A stretch of DNA of 34,783 bases from a virus (lineage: Duplodnaviria > Caudoviricetes). The position numbers and the translations under genes are program-made. This document shows, in pieces, positions 9,382 through 18,585 of the stretch. Each line of letters opens with the position of its first letter. Position 1 is the first letter of the stretch. Below the pieces are notes generated by a model. It had not been told where the DNA came from. It did not search any database and saw only the letters and a program-made list of their open reading frames with translations. The DNA lies in the IMG/VR virus record IMGVR_UViG_3300030372_003297, positions 1 through 34,783 of that record, one strand, 5' to 3'.

Positions 9382-12300
9382 ATGGCCAACCAATGGACAG
9401 ACAAAGACGAAGAAGGGCTAAACCTCCTTATGAATCAGGCTTTCCCTGAAAAAACTGATTCAGGCAAAGAAGAATATTATTTTCCTTCTACTGGGCAAAA
9501 CAGACCCCCTTCAGGTTTTGATCCAGATAGAGAGGCTTATTATGGGCCTTTAGAAGAGTCTATTCCTGACAAAGAACTAGCCTTAAAAAAAGCAAAGAAA
9601 GTTACAGATGCAAGACCACCAGAAGCGGTAAAAGCTGAAATAGAAAAAGTAGCTGAAGAATTTAGGAAAGCATACAACAAAACATCCTCGCGCAATTTGT
9701 TAACGGGAGGCCCGACAGCACAAGCTCACATGAGAGCGGCTGAAGGACTAAAGAAGTATAATTATCTCATTCCTGAAAACATGCCCCTTGAGGAAGCCTT
9801 TAGATTAGCAGGAAAAACGTCCCAAGGAAAAACCCTACAAAACATTAGAGATAGATACGACAGTTTGAGAACTGGTGTTGAAGATGTTCGCACTTCACTG
9901 CTTTCAAAAGCTGAAAGAACTCAATCAAGCCTAGTAAACCAAAAAGATAGAGAAGCATTTCTACGAAGCCTTCCTGGTATAGATAAAGTTGCTTGGGATG
10001 ATGATTTAGGAAGTTTTATTGTGCGACGAAATGGACGTTACGGATTAACTGACGAGAAAGGGGCAAGTATTGGGGATGTTTTAGATGTAACTGGCCCAGC
10101 CCTTGACGCGCTACTTACCGTAGGAACGATTGAGGGAGGGCCGTTAGCTCCAGTGGCAAAGGCAGGGGTCAAAAAGGGGGCAAAGAAAGCGATTACCACA
10201 GTAAGAAATTGGTTAGACAAAATAACAAAGACTACAACCAAGAAAGCCGCAGCCACCGGAGGCATGGAGGGTGGTTTACAGTTTGGGAGAGAGCGGTTAT
10301 CCCAAGAAATACTTCTTCCTGAAGACGCTCCTAAAGCCAGCACAAAAGAATTGGGTTACGATGCTTTTGAAACTGCTTTAATGAGCGGGATATTTCAAGG
10401 AGGCACAGATAAACTGGCAAAAACTGCAAAAGGAACAGTTCGCAAACTTGCTGCTGATAAAACCGACGATATTGCTTTAAAGGGGGCTAGGGCTAGAGAA
10501 CAGCTTCAAATGACAGGGCTTACTAAAGGTGAGGCAGACACTTCTTTAGCAAGAGCAGAGGCTACTCTTTCAAAAATGCCTTTTTCAAACATCAAAGATA
10601 AATACATTGAGCTTTACGAGCAAGTAGCAGATTTCGCTCAAAAAAATACTGAAGGCAGAAAAACATTAGAAGACATTAACGACCATTTGGATGAAATTGT
10701 AAGCCCTTTTGCTAAACAGGAAGCTAGGTTAACAAAAGCCCAAGCTGATGCTGCTACTGCTGCCAGCGCATTAACAAAGAGCCAGACAAAACTAAAAGAA
10801 GGAGCTTTAGACGAGTTACAAAAAGAAGCTGAAAGAAGTTCTGAAAAACTTATTAGAGGAAACGTCATTCCAGAGATTAGAGAGACTCTTACTCAACGAC
10901 TAACAAAGGAGGCCGATCTTGCTACGGCAAGGATAGATCAAAACCCTGCAATGTTTTTTAATGATTTATCTGAAGCGGCTATCAAGAGAAGGGAGGATTT
11001 TCAGAACAAAAGTGCAGAATTATACGATAAGGTCAGGGAGTTTCCCGCTTCTCAAGAGCCAATCTTTGACACTAGCTTAATGAAGGAACAGCTTGAAACC
11101 TTAAAGCGCGGTTTGCGCGACGAAAAAGGTGAGGTAATTTCAGGGCTTTCTCCACAAGATATGTCAGTAGTTGACCAAATACTAAAAGCTGGAGACAAAC
11201 AAAGCCTTGATGATTTAGTAGCTTTTAAACAAATGATCTACAACTCAATCGGAAACGATATAATGTTTAAAGGTCTGGATGACAAATTAAAGCGCGACAT
11301 CGGAAAAGCAACCACTGACCTTATTAACGATCAAGCAGAAGAAGGTGGTGAAGGGTTTGCCAAGGCTTTGAAGGAAGCAAACAATTATTACAGTCAAAAC
11401 GTAAACAAGTTTTACAATGCAGGGGCAAAGCAACTTTTTCTTGATGAAACCAAGCGCACAGGAGGTTATTTAGATTCCCTTGCTAAAGATGTTTACGACT
11501 CTGGGGTAGAGTCCCAGATGTATAAGAACCTCAAGGAAATGTTGGGCGGTAATACCGAGGAAATGAACCGCGTAAACAACGCTCTTTTTGGTTATCTCAT
11601 AGGGAAATCTGTTAAAAGTAATAAGGTAGACCTTGATTCACTACTAAAATCACTTGAATCAATGGATGGGGTTGATCCTGGTGGAGTGGTAGCCGAGTTA
11701 GGATTTGACGCGGCTGCACTTAAAGAGGCAAGAAAAGTTGTTGATGGTTTTAACGGGAGCAAAGAAATAGATATTGATTTAGTTGGGGAAATGTTTCAGG
11801 CGGGAGCCGCCCCCCGCGCCACTGGACAAGCAATAGATGTTTCAAAATATTTAAAAATAGGTGCAGCGCAAAACGATAAAGTTGCCGATGAATTAATAAC
11901 TGTTTTTGGAGGTAAACCAAGCGTTCCTAAAGCTATGCGGGAGGCTCTTGAAGAAGTTGAAGGGGCCAAGGCAGCAAAGTTATCGGCTGACGAGGCAGTA
12001 GCAGCAGAGCAGAAGGCTATGAATGCGATTGCTAATGATGACTATTTTTCTGCCCTCCGATCAAAAGAGTTAACGGGCGCGGAAAGTCATAAAAACGTGT
12101 TTGGAAAAGTTTTTAAGTATCAAGCACTAGCCCCGAACAAACTTAAAAGCGTAGTAAAAAACTTGGAAGCTGCCGCATCCAAAGAAGGCATTGAGGGGGA
12201 AACTGCAAAGCAATTACTCAAGGATATTAGAATAGAGGTTTTAAATGATTTATTTAATGTAACCTCAAGAACTCCTGACATTTTAGTTGGAGGCAAAGCC

Positions 12301-12867
12301 ATAGAACGAATGGCCGAAGGCAAGTTGGCTAATGTCGTTGATCCTTATAGTTTTGTCCGGCTTTTAAAAGGCGATAAAGAATACTCCGATTATCTGAAAA
12401 ACGTACTAGGCAGCGAGTATAGCACGGTTGAGTCGTTATCTGACGCATTAATGCCAACTGCTAGGCGTGACGCTATGACGCACGGACTTGGATCGTTAAC
12501 AGGAAAAACAACTTACGCCCAATTTGCACAAACCTCTTCAGATGACGCTTTAAAACTTGGCACTCAAGTAGCTAGAACATTTTTAATGTCTACCTACCTT
12601 AAAGGAGGTGTTGGCGTGACAAAATACCTTGGAGATGAAGCTATTCAAGATACTGCTAAAAAAATTCAGTCCTTTCTCATCAACCCGTCAGTGGAAAAAA
12701 TTGCAAAAAGCATACAACTAATGGGCAGACCAGCCGCAGTGGAAGTGTACCGCACACTTCAAGCTCAATACGGTGCTGGCGATGCAGATGAAATTTGGAA
12801 AGAAATAAACGAACTGGCAGACCAGTATGAGCCAGAGTTTCATGGAGAGATAGAACAGGAAGACTAA
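9382..12867 (+). CDS. Large putative internal virion/ejection protein
   Basis: 1161 aa, helical, last gene of the structural operon. Confidence 0.6.
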   Translation: MANQWTDKDEEGLNLLMNQAFPEKTDSGKEEYYFPSTGQNRPPSGFDPDREAYYGPLEESIPDKELALKKAKKVTDARPPEAVKAEIEKVAEEFRKAYNKTSSRNLLTGGPTAQAHMRAAEGLKKYNYLIPENMPLEEAFRLAGKTSQGKTLQNIRDRYDSLRTGVEDVRTSLLSKAERTQSSLVNQKDREAFLRSLPGIDKVAWDDDLGSFIVRRNGRYGLTDEKGASIGDVLDVTGPALDALLTVGTIEGGPLAPVAKAGVKKGAKKAITTVRNWLDKITKTTTKKAAATGGMEGGLQFGRERLSQEILLPEDAPKASTKELGYDAFETALMSGIFQGGTDKLAKTAKGTVRKLAADKTDDIALKGARAREQLQMTGLTKGEADTSLARAEATLSKMPFSNIKDKYIELYEQVADFAQKNTEGRKTLEDINDHLDEIVSPFAKQEARLTKAQADAATAASALTKSQTKLKEGALDELQKEAERSSEKLIRGNVIPEIRETLTQRLTKEADLATARIDQNPAMFFNDLSEAAIKRREDFQNKSAELYDKVREFPASQEPIFDTSLMKEQLETLKRGLRDEKGEVISGLSPQDMSVVDQILKAGDKQSLDDLVAFKQMIYNSIGNDIMFKGLDDKLKRDIGKATTDLINDQAEEGGEGFAKALKEANNYYSQNVNKFYNAGAKQLFLDETKRTGGYLDSLAKDVYDSGVESQMYKNLKEMLGGNTEEMNRVNNALFGYLIGKSVKSNKVDLDSLLKSLESMDGVDPGGVVAELGFDAAALKEARKVVDGFNGSKEIDIDLVGEMFQAGAAPRATGQAIDVSKYLKIGAAQNDKVADELITVFGGKPSVPKAMREALEEVEGAKAAKLSADEAVAAEQKAMNAIANDDYFSALRSKELTGAESHKNVFGKVFKYQALAPNKLKSVVKNLEAAASKEGIEGETAKQLLKDIRIEVLNDLFNVTSRTPDILVGGKAIERMAEGKLANVVDPYSFVRLLKGDKEYSDYLKNVLGSEYSTVESLSDALMPTARRDAMTHGLGSLTGKTTYAQFAQTSSDDALKLGTQVARTFLMSTYLKGGVGVTKYLGDEAIQDTAKKIQSFLINPSVEKIAKSIQLMGRPAAVEVYRTLQAQYGAGDADEIWKEINELADQYEPEFHGEIEQED

Positions 12868-13118
12868 TCCCGACCAATAATGAACCTACACATATCCACA
12901 AAAGTCCTCTCCTTGGCCTTGGGACGCGCTTTGCGCTCTATTTGCAGCACAGCGTCCTCTACAGCCCTACGGACGAATGTAGAGCGTGACATGCCGCATC
13001 TCTTGGCTAGGTCGGCAAATTGCTCGGCTTCCTTGGCGTTTAGCCGCAGAGAAATGAAGACATCTTGGAGTTCTGATTTTTTAACGCGGGGGCGACCCCT
13101 TCTAGCCTTGGCTTTCAT
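12864..13118 (-). CDS. Ribbon-helix-helix DNA-binding protein with GRP (AT-hook-like) N-terminus
   Basis: RRGRPR; ISLRLNAKEAEQFADLAKRCGMSRSTFVRRAV. Confidence 0.8.
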   Translation of the reverse strand: MKAKARRGRPRVKKSELQDVFISLRLNAKEAEQFADLAKRCGMSRSTFVRRAVEDAVLQIERKARPKAKERTFVDMCRFIIGRD

Positions 13119-13133
13119 GTCAGGAAATTACTG

Positions 13134-13152
13134 ACAATGTGACACGTTAAAC
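13134..13152 (+). promoter_or_regulatory. Motif A copy (ACAWTGTGACACNTTAAAC)
   Basis: acaatgtgacacgttaaac; near-identical copies at 23215, 28470, 32099. Confidence 0.7.
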
Positions 13153-13180
13153 AAGTAAAATCTTTTCGGGTGGAGGGATT

Positions 13181-13924
13181 ATTAAAGCAAAATGGGAAAA
13201 ATTTGTAGCGTTCGGTGACGCGCACGGGGATATGGCTTGCCGAGAGTCCATTTCGGCTCTGGAAAAGCATATCAAAGACTTCAAACCGGATCACCGCATC
13301 TGTCTGGGCGATATGTTTGACCTACGCGCATTACGCAAAGGCATAGGGCGGGAGGAAAGCGATGCTTACGACGATTTGGTTAGCGACATGACCGCTGGGT
13401 ATATGTGGCTGGATCGTCTCAAACCAACAGTATTCTTAAACGGGAACCATGAACATAGATTATACCGCGTTGCGGAAGAGGCAGCGAACGGCCTCGTTCG
13501 CGAGTACGCCAAAGATGGGGTTAAAAAATTGGAAACGCATTTACGCAAAATGGGTTGCAAAGTCTATCCGTACCATTACGACGAGGGAGTCCACGCTCTC
13601 GGAAAAGTTAGGTTCGTCCACGGATACGTAGCCTCCATTAACGCTGTGAAGGTAACATCTGAAGTGTACTCTCCTCCTGGGGGTGCAACCTTGATGGGGC
13701 ATCTCCACAGGATTGAAGCAATCCACGCGGTGCGGCATGGTGGAGCACAGGGATACTCCGGCGGGTGTCTCGCCGACATCCCTCGGCTCCATTACGCCGC
13801 TCATCGGCACGCAACAATGAGGTGGGCAAACGGGTGGCTCTATGGGGTGATAAACACAGCCAAGGGAGGAGGGTTTAAAGTATGGCAAGCCGAAAAGATA
13901 GACGGTCAGTGGATGCATCCCTAA
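13181..13924 (+). CDS. Calcineurin-like metallophosphoesterase; true start upstream of ATG 13232
   Basis: GDAHG (upstream of the ATG), LGDMFD, GNHE, HG, GHLH motifs; start placed at ATT after GGAGG. Confidence 0.85.
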   Translation: MKAKWEKFVAFGDAHGDMACRESISALEKHIKDFKPDHRICLGDMFDLRALRKGIGREESDAYDDLVSDMTAGYMWLDRLKPTVFLNGNHEHRLYRVAEEAANGLVREYAKDGVKKLETHLRKMGCKVYPYHYDEGVHALGKVRFVHGYVASINAVKVTSEVYSPPGGATLMGHLHRIEAIHAVRHGGAQGYSGGCLADIPRLHYAAHRHATMRWANGWLYGVINTAKGGGFKVWQAEKIDGQWMHP

Positions 13925-14172
13925 AGTCCCGCGACAAAGAATTAGCGGCATGGGCGAGAGCAATGGCCGATGCGCGGGAGGGGCTGGATAAGATTCCCAA
14001 GGGTTGGTATCACATAGACGATCTTGCTAAGAAATTGGGCATGTGCAGAGGCTCACTTACCCCGCATCTAAGGAGGCTTGTTAACGCAAAAAAAGCTGAA
14101 AGAAAAACCTTTTATATTTGCCGAGGGAAAGACGGGCGAAGATACAAAAAAATGCACTGGAAATTGCTGTGA
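13882..14172 (+). CDS. Winged-HTH DNA-binding protein
   Basis: IDDLAKKLGMCRGSLTPHLRRLV. Confidence 0.65.
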   Translation: MASRKDRRSVDASLKSRDKELAAWARAMADAREGLDKIPKGWYHIDDLAKKLGMCRGSLTPHLRRLVNAKKAERKTFYICRGKDGRRYKKMHWKLL

Positions 14173-14408
14173 AAAAGATACCCAAAAGTTACATCAATAG
14201 GCGTTGCTCCATTACTTGGGACGATCCCACTGGGCACATCGGCTCGGAGCTTTCAGAAGTGGGTTTGGCGGAGTGTACTTCGGAGGGAATTTTAGTTGCA
14301 ATGGACGATGAGAAATTGATCTTGCAAACCAGTATTTATACTGGCTCAAAGTGCGGTGACTATACTTGCATTCACCGCGCACTTGTTAAGCAAGTTAGGA
14401 ACATATAG
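14169..14408 (+). CDS. Hypothetical protein (small beta-barrel, ITW.DP family)
   Basis: GTG 14169 overlaps the upstream stop (GTGA). Confidence 0.6.
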   Translation: MKKIPKSYINRRCSITWDDPTGHIGSELSEVGLAECTSEGILVAMDDEKLILQTSIYTGSKCGDYTCIHRALVKQVRNI

Positions 14409-14430
14409 GCACTAAACGGAATCAAGCCGC

Positions 14431-14700
14431 GTCCAAATTTGTCCAAATCAGATTTTTGATTTCAGAATAATTCAGTATATCAATGCTCCCATTAACTGTG
14501 GAGTTTGTTCCGGAAACTAGCGCTCTATCCAACTGAGCTACGGGCGCAATCTGTAAAATAACCCTGTTTTTGTGGGCCTATAATGTGCTTTACGGGGTAA
14601 TACCCTGTGTCCATAATGAGGCTCCTAACGGTACTAAAAGGCACTGTCAGGAATGAGTTTGTCCAAATTTGTCCAAATCTTTTGTCCAAATTTGTCCAAC
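14431..14700. mobile_element. attP: arm-type repeats flanking a tRNA-derived core
   Basis: GTCCAA(A) direct repeats at 14431, 14441, 14661, 14671, 14684, 14694 around a tRNA fragment, directly upstream of the integrase. Confidence 0.85.
14507..14547 (-). tRNA. 5' half of tRNA-Arg(CCG) (fragment; attP homology block)
   Basis: Minus strand GCGCCCG TA GCTC AGTTGGATA GAGC G CTAGT TTCCGGA AC, then no T-arm or 3' acceptor strand. Confidence 0.9.
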
Positions 14701-14725
14701 AGAATAATAATGAAAGCACAAGACT

Positions 14726-16048
14726 ATGAGAGAACCAAAAATATCTGATGAGGTGGGTAAGGACGGAAGGCATTATGTTCTTTGTTATGTTAGAGAGGGC
14801 AACGAAAGGAAACGCAAGCAGTTTCGGTATTTTCCCGACGACAAAAACAGCTATAAATTGGCCCGTCAACAGGCCGAAGAATTAAAGGCCCAATGGCTTA
14901 AAGACAAGCAGAATAATTCCGATAAAATCGGGGGAGAACTGGCCTCTCTTTCCATCACCGATCAAGCCCTGCTCGTTGAGGCGTTAAAGATCAGCAAAGA
15001 GGCTGGTGTAAGTATCTACGATGCGGTGCGTGACGGAACTAAAACCCGCATTGTCAGCGAGCAGGATGTTAGTGAGTTATGGGATTTGTTTTTTAGCGAT
15101 TACGAAAACGGTCACAATGGCTCAGAGCGCGTTTTCATAAAACCACGGGCCGCTACTACGGTTAGGGCTGTGAATTGCACTGGCCGATACTTCAAGGATC
15201 ACTTCAGGGGTAAAACCTTGGGCGAGATGACCACTGACTCGGTTAAGGCTTTTATTTTTAAAAACGAGGGACATGACCACCACCGCAAAACAAAATCAGA
15301 ACTCTCTTCCTTCTTTACATGGTGCAAGGACAATAAATTCTCTGACCATAACCCTTGCACAGAAATAAAATTAACTGACCCAAAGGGCCGAGAGAAAAAG
15401 AAGGTTACTAGCTGCCTGAACGCCGATCAATCCGCTCAATTTATGCGGATAGTTTTAGAGGATGAACCAAGGTTAGCACCCTACTTTGCACTCCAACTCT
15501 TTGGCGGCTTACGAGCGGGTGAGGTTAACGGTCAAAGGCCCATTAAGAAAAAAGGAAACATTACAACACCAGGAATGGTTGGGATTACTTGGGATGAAAT
15601 ATTTCTAACAAATAAAACTCCAGTGATGCTGATTCCCTCCGGCAAAAACCTGAAGGATAGAAAGAACAACATCCACCCCACCCTCCTTGCTTGGCTCAAG
15701 TTGGGCGGAGACTTGTACCCCGACTTTGGCAGACCGAAACTAAAGACTGGCCAGCAGCGTCACAAGAAAGGGGATAGAGCCATTGACAAGCGAGCAGCCG
15801 ATATTCGTAGACGCGCTAACCTCAAGGGGATTCGCGGCATAGACGCGGAATTAGATTGGGATTCTAACCTACTACGGCACACCTACGGCACAATGCACTA
15901 CGCTGCTTACGGGAATAAAGCAGACACAATAATGCTCATGGGAAACTCTGAGCAAACCTTTGATAAGCATTATGATTCTCAAATCTTTGAAGAAGAAGCC
16001 CTTAAATTTTGGGAACTTACGCCCGATAAGGTAAAAAAACTTAAATAA
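14726..16048 (+). CDS. int: Tyrosine recombinase/integrase
   Basis: LFGGLRAGE (Arg I), NLLRHTYG (Arg II), MGNS, terminal KHY; adjacent attP. Confidence 0.93.
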   Translation: MREPKISDEVGKDGRHYVLCYVREGNERKRKQFRYFPDDKNSYKLARQQAEELKAQWLKDKQNNSDKIGGELASLSITDQALLVEALKISKEAGVSIYDAVRDGTKTRIVSEQDVSELWDLFFSDYENGHNGSERVFIKPRAATTVRAVNCTGRYFKDHFRGKTLGEMTTDSVKAFIFKNEGHDHHRKTKSELSSFFTWCKDNKFSDHNPCTEIKLTDPKGREKKKVTSCLNADQSAQFMRIVLEDEPRLAPYFALQLFGGLRAGEVNGQRPIKKKGNITTPGMVGITWDEIFLTNKTPVMLIPSGKNLKDRKNNIHPTLLAWLKLGGDLYPDFGRPKLKTGQQRHKKGDRAIDKRAADIRRRANLKGIRGIDAELDWDSNLLRHTYGTMHYAAYGNKADTIMLMGNSEQTFDKHYDSQIFEEEALKFWELTPDKVKKLK

Positions 16049-16125
16049 AACACTTGCAGAGATTTATACAATAAATTACACCAAAAAAACCCAAAGCGTA
16101 TTACCCTTTATAAAAGACGTAATTT

Positions 16126-16851
16126 ATGCCTGAAAAAATTAATATTTCATTAAACGAGGAAGAAGCTAAGTGTTTTGCTGACGAATTTGGCAATAACCCC
16201 GAATTGCTTTTAAATGAATACAAACAGAGATCAAAATTTCCTTTCTCAGCAAAGGTAATAATCTGCTGTTTAGGTGTTGCTTTGACTGCTGTTTGGTTTG
16301 CGAAGAATAATCAGGTTAAGGCTTTGCAAAAAGGGAGTACTGACTTTTGTGCGCAGGAAATCAGCCATAGTAAGATAATAGCCGAGTTGAATAAGGAGGT
16401 TGGGGAGTTGCGTGACTTGCTGGTGAGACCTGTTAGTATTGATATAGCTGGATTAGCCGACAAGCTAAGACCGAAAAATTACTGGGCTGTGCGGCATAAG
16501 ACTACAGGTTCAACGAGATTGCATCGCTTGATCGCCGCCAAATCGGAAGGTTCAGGATTTCGTTTTGGTGTAAAAGAGCTAGAGATTGCATTGAATGAAG
16601 GTGCTGATCTTAATGTTAATCGCTATCGCGTAGACGGAAGCAACTGGATTGTGGGTGATGCTACGGGCCAAACTCCGTTGATGAAAATGATAATGTATCG
16701 GAGGTGGGATATGGTAGAATACGTTTTAGAACATCACATGGACAAGGTGGACAAGTCTGCATGCAACTGGAATGGCAAAACCGCAGCCGATTATGTTTTG
16801 CAGTTCGGCGGGGTCGGCAAGAACGAACTATACGCTATGCTAAAGGATTAA
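16126..16851 (+). CDS. Membrane-anchored ankyrin-repeat protein
   Basis: TM VIICCLGVALTAVWFA; coiled coil; GADLN, GQTPLM, NGKTAADY. Confidence 0.75.
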   Translation: MPEKINISLNEEEAKCFADEFGNNPELLLNEYKQRSKFPFSAKVIICCLGVALTAVWFAKNNQVKALQKGSTDFCAQEISHSKIIAELNKEVGELRDLLVRPVSIDIAGLADKLRPKNYWAVRHKTTGSTRLHRLIAAKSEGSGFRFGVKELEIALNEGADLNVNRYRVDGSNWIVGDATGQTPLMKMIMYRRWDMVEYVLEHHMDKVDKSACNWNGKTAADYVLQFGGVGKNELYAMLKD

Positions 16852-16914
16852 TAGATAATAACCTTAATTTTAACATTTAATCCTTTTACTTTCTGGTTGC
16901 ACTAGGCAACCTCC

Positions 16915-17109
16915 GTGCTTCACATGCCAAGAGACCCTGACAAAATGAAACTCGTTAGTTGCTTTGTGACTAAAGAGTTTAAAAGAAAATTAGAAAAAGA
17001 AGCAAAGCGGCTCGGCATTTCAGTTAGCGATCTAGTGCGTCTAAACTTAAAAAAGCACATGGGAACCGATGATAATATTGGATCTCAGAAGAAGTCTTCA
17101 AAGCGGTAA
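16915..17109 (+). CDS. CopG/Arc-like ribbon-helix-helix regulator (start may be ATG 16924)
   Basis: LVSCFVTKEFKRKLEKEAKRLGISVSDLVR. Confidence 0.8.
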   Translation: MLHMPRDPDKMKLVSCFVTKEFKRKLEKEAKRLGISVSDLVRLNLKKHMGTDDNIGSQKKSSKR

Positions 17110-17153
17110 ATAAACTGCGAATTTCTCAAAATAACTTTGGGTAGCCCACACGG

Positions 17154-17195
17154 GGGTAATACACTTTTTATTACTGCAAAGGGTAATACACTTTT
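17154..17195 (+). repeat. 15-bp direct repeat GGGTAATACACTTTT x2 (motif B, operator-like)
   Basis: Copies 17154-17168 and 17181-17195; core also at 14595 and 16098 (reverse). Confidence 0.75.
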
Positions 17196-17340
17196 AAAAA
17201 CAATCCCGCGCTCCAAGTTGTCAGTAATGTGTAATTAGTTTTTGACGCTGAAGGGAACATAGCGGAGCGAAGTGGACTAAAAAGGAACAGGGTAAAGAAA
17301 CCTGTTGCTGCTAGAATTAAAACTAATGTAAAGGAAAAGA

Positions 17341-17517
17341 ATGTATCTCACCTACGACGATTTAGCTGAAAGGTTCAAGGTAACGAAGCGTTACCTGCGT
17401 AAGCTAGTTAAGGAAAATAAAATTAGAAGCGTTCGGCTTGGGCGATCAAGAAGGTTCCGACTTGTAGATGTAGAGGAATTTGAAAAGAAATTACTGTGCG
17501 AGACGACGATGAATTAA
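17341..17517 (+). CDS. Excisionase-like HTH protein, 58 aa, not in ORF track
   Basis: MYLTYDDLAERFKVTKRYLRKLVKENKIRSVRLGRSRRFRLVDVEEF; AAGGA RBS. Confidence 0.85.
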   Translation: MYLTYDDLAERFKVTKRYLRKLVKENKIRSVRLGRSRRFRLVDVEEFEKKLLCETTMN

Positions 17518-17813
17518 AAGTCCTGCGCTCACGTGAAACGCAATACGGCATTGAACTGGACGCAATGATGAACAAGGCACAGGTAGCTGATCTGTTGGGG
17601 GTGTGTATAAGGAGCGTTGAATTGTATGTTCAGAATGGATGGCTGGATTGTTACAAATTGGGAGATCATCAAAGGAGTCGCGTGGTTTTTAGCCCCAAGC
17701 AGGTAGACGAATTTTTGTTCAACAAATTAAAGAGGAAAAAACTAAAGCAAGACCGTGCCAAAGGACTACCTCCCAATCCAACTTATTGCCCTGCCCGTTC
17801 CGAGAGTAGGTAA
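17496..17813 (+). CDS. Second excisionase-like HTH protein
   Basis: MNKAQVADLLGVCIRSVELYVQNGWLDCYKLG...F...VDEFL. Confidence 0.8.
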   Translation: MRDDDELKVLRSRETQYGIELDAMMNKAQVADLLGVCIRSVELYVQNGWLDCYKLGDHQRSRVVFSPKQVDEFLFNKLKRKKLKQDRAKGLPPNPTYCPARSESR

Positions 17814-17994
17814 ATGTGGAATTTGTGACATGGAACAAACAGTTATAGTGTCAGCCGATAACAGCACGCGCAGCTATATATGCGTAGATTGTTTCAATGA
17901 AGCAATGAGGCTTGAAAGATATTTATGTGTAAACGGGCCGAAGGTTGGAATCCGCCATCCCTTCCCAAACGAAATACCATTTAACAGAGATTAA
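17755..17994 (+). CDS. Small zinc-finger protein
   Basis: CGIC...CVDC. Confidence 0.55.
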   Translation: MPKDYLPIQLIALPVPRVGKCGICDMEQTVIVSADNSTRSYICVDCFNEAMRLERYLCVNGPKVGIRHPFPNEIPFNRD

Positions 17995-17997
17995 ATT

Positions 17998-18585
17998 ATG
18001 AAAGAAAATATTGAAGAACCTAAAAACCGATCAAGCCTAGCAAAGGCTTTATCGCAATTTCAGTCAAAATGCCAACCTGCCAGAAAGAATAAAGACCAAT
18101 CTTTTTACAAAGACAAAAAAACAGGGAACCCCTCAAAGTACGCAGACATAAACGCTATTATTGAGGCTACAAAGGAGCCACTTACTAATGCAGGGTTAGC
18201 TTTTACAGTTGTTCCTGATTTTACCATAGAAAAACTAAAGTCAGTTCGCATCATAACTCATGCCGATGGAAGGGTGGAGACGGTTGAAAAAGAAGAGGCA
18301 AAAGTGTTTGAGTTTACCAGAGCAATTTTAATGTGCGGTGACACATGGATTGAGGGCAAGCAAACAATAAAAACAGGAGCAAAATCCCCTGAAGACCCGC
18401 AAGCAGTTGGGGGAGGAATGACTTTTAACAGAAGGTATATGCAACAGTGCATGCTAAACACCATGCTTGCTGATAAAGAAGACGACGACGCTGAAAAACT
18501 TCAAAACCGACCCGACAAACAAGAATCTCCGAGAAAGGCCGTAAAAGCCAGAGTCCCTGCCAAAGCGGAAAGTGAAATGCTGTGA
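17998..18585 (+). CDS. erf: ERF-family ssDNA annealing protein
   Basis: SKYADI..I, GLAF, PQAVGGGMTFNRRY, EDDDA. Confidence 0.85.
   Translation: MKENIEEPKNRSSLAKALSQFQSKCQPARKNKDQSFYKDKKTGNPSKYADINAIIEATKEPLTNAGLAFTVVPDFTIEKLKSVRIITHADGRVETVEKEEAKVFEFTRAILMCGDTWIEGKQTIKTGAKSPEDPQAVGGGMTFNRRYMQQCMLNTMLADKEDDDAEKLQNRPDKQESPRKAVKARVPAKAESEML

Noticed and set aside
12880-13134. Plus-strand ORF opposite the RHH gene
   Set aside because: Codon mirror of a better-supported gene
13192-13213. G GGA AAA slippery site after ATG 13192 giving the phosphoesterase start
   Set aside because: A -1 shift runs into TAG; the needed frame is +1
14507-14547. Functional phage tRNA gene
   Set aside because: Anticodon stem 3' strand is incomplete; T-arm and acceptor 3' strand are absent
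14431-14700. GTCCAAATTT repeats as CRISPR array or iterons
   Set aside because: Short, tandem, no spacers; arranged around a core next to the integrase
14525-14869. Minus-strand ORF across attP
   Set aside because: Translates arm repeats and the int start; no protein signal
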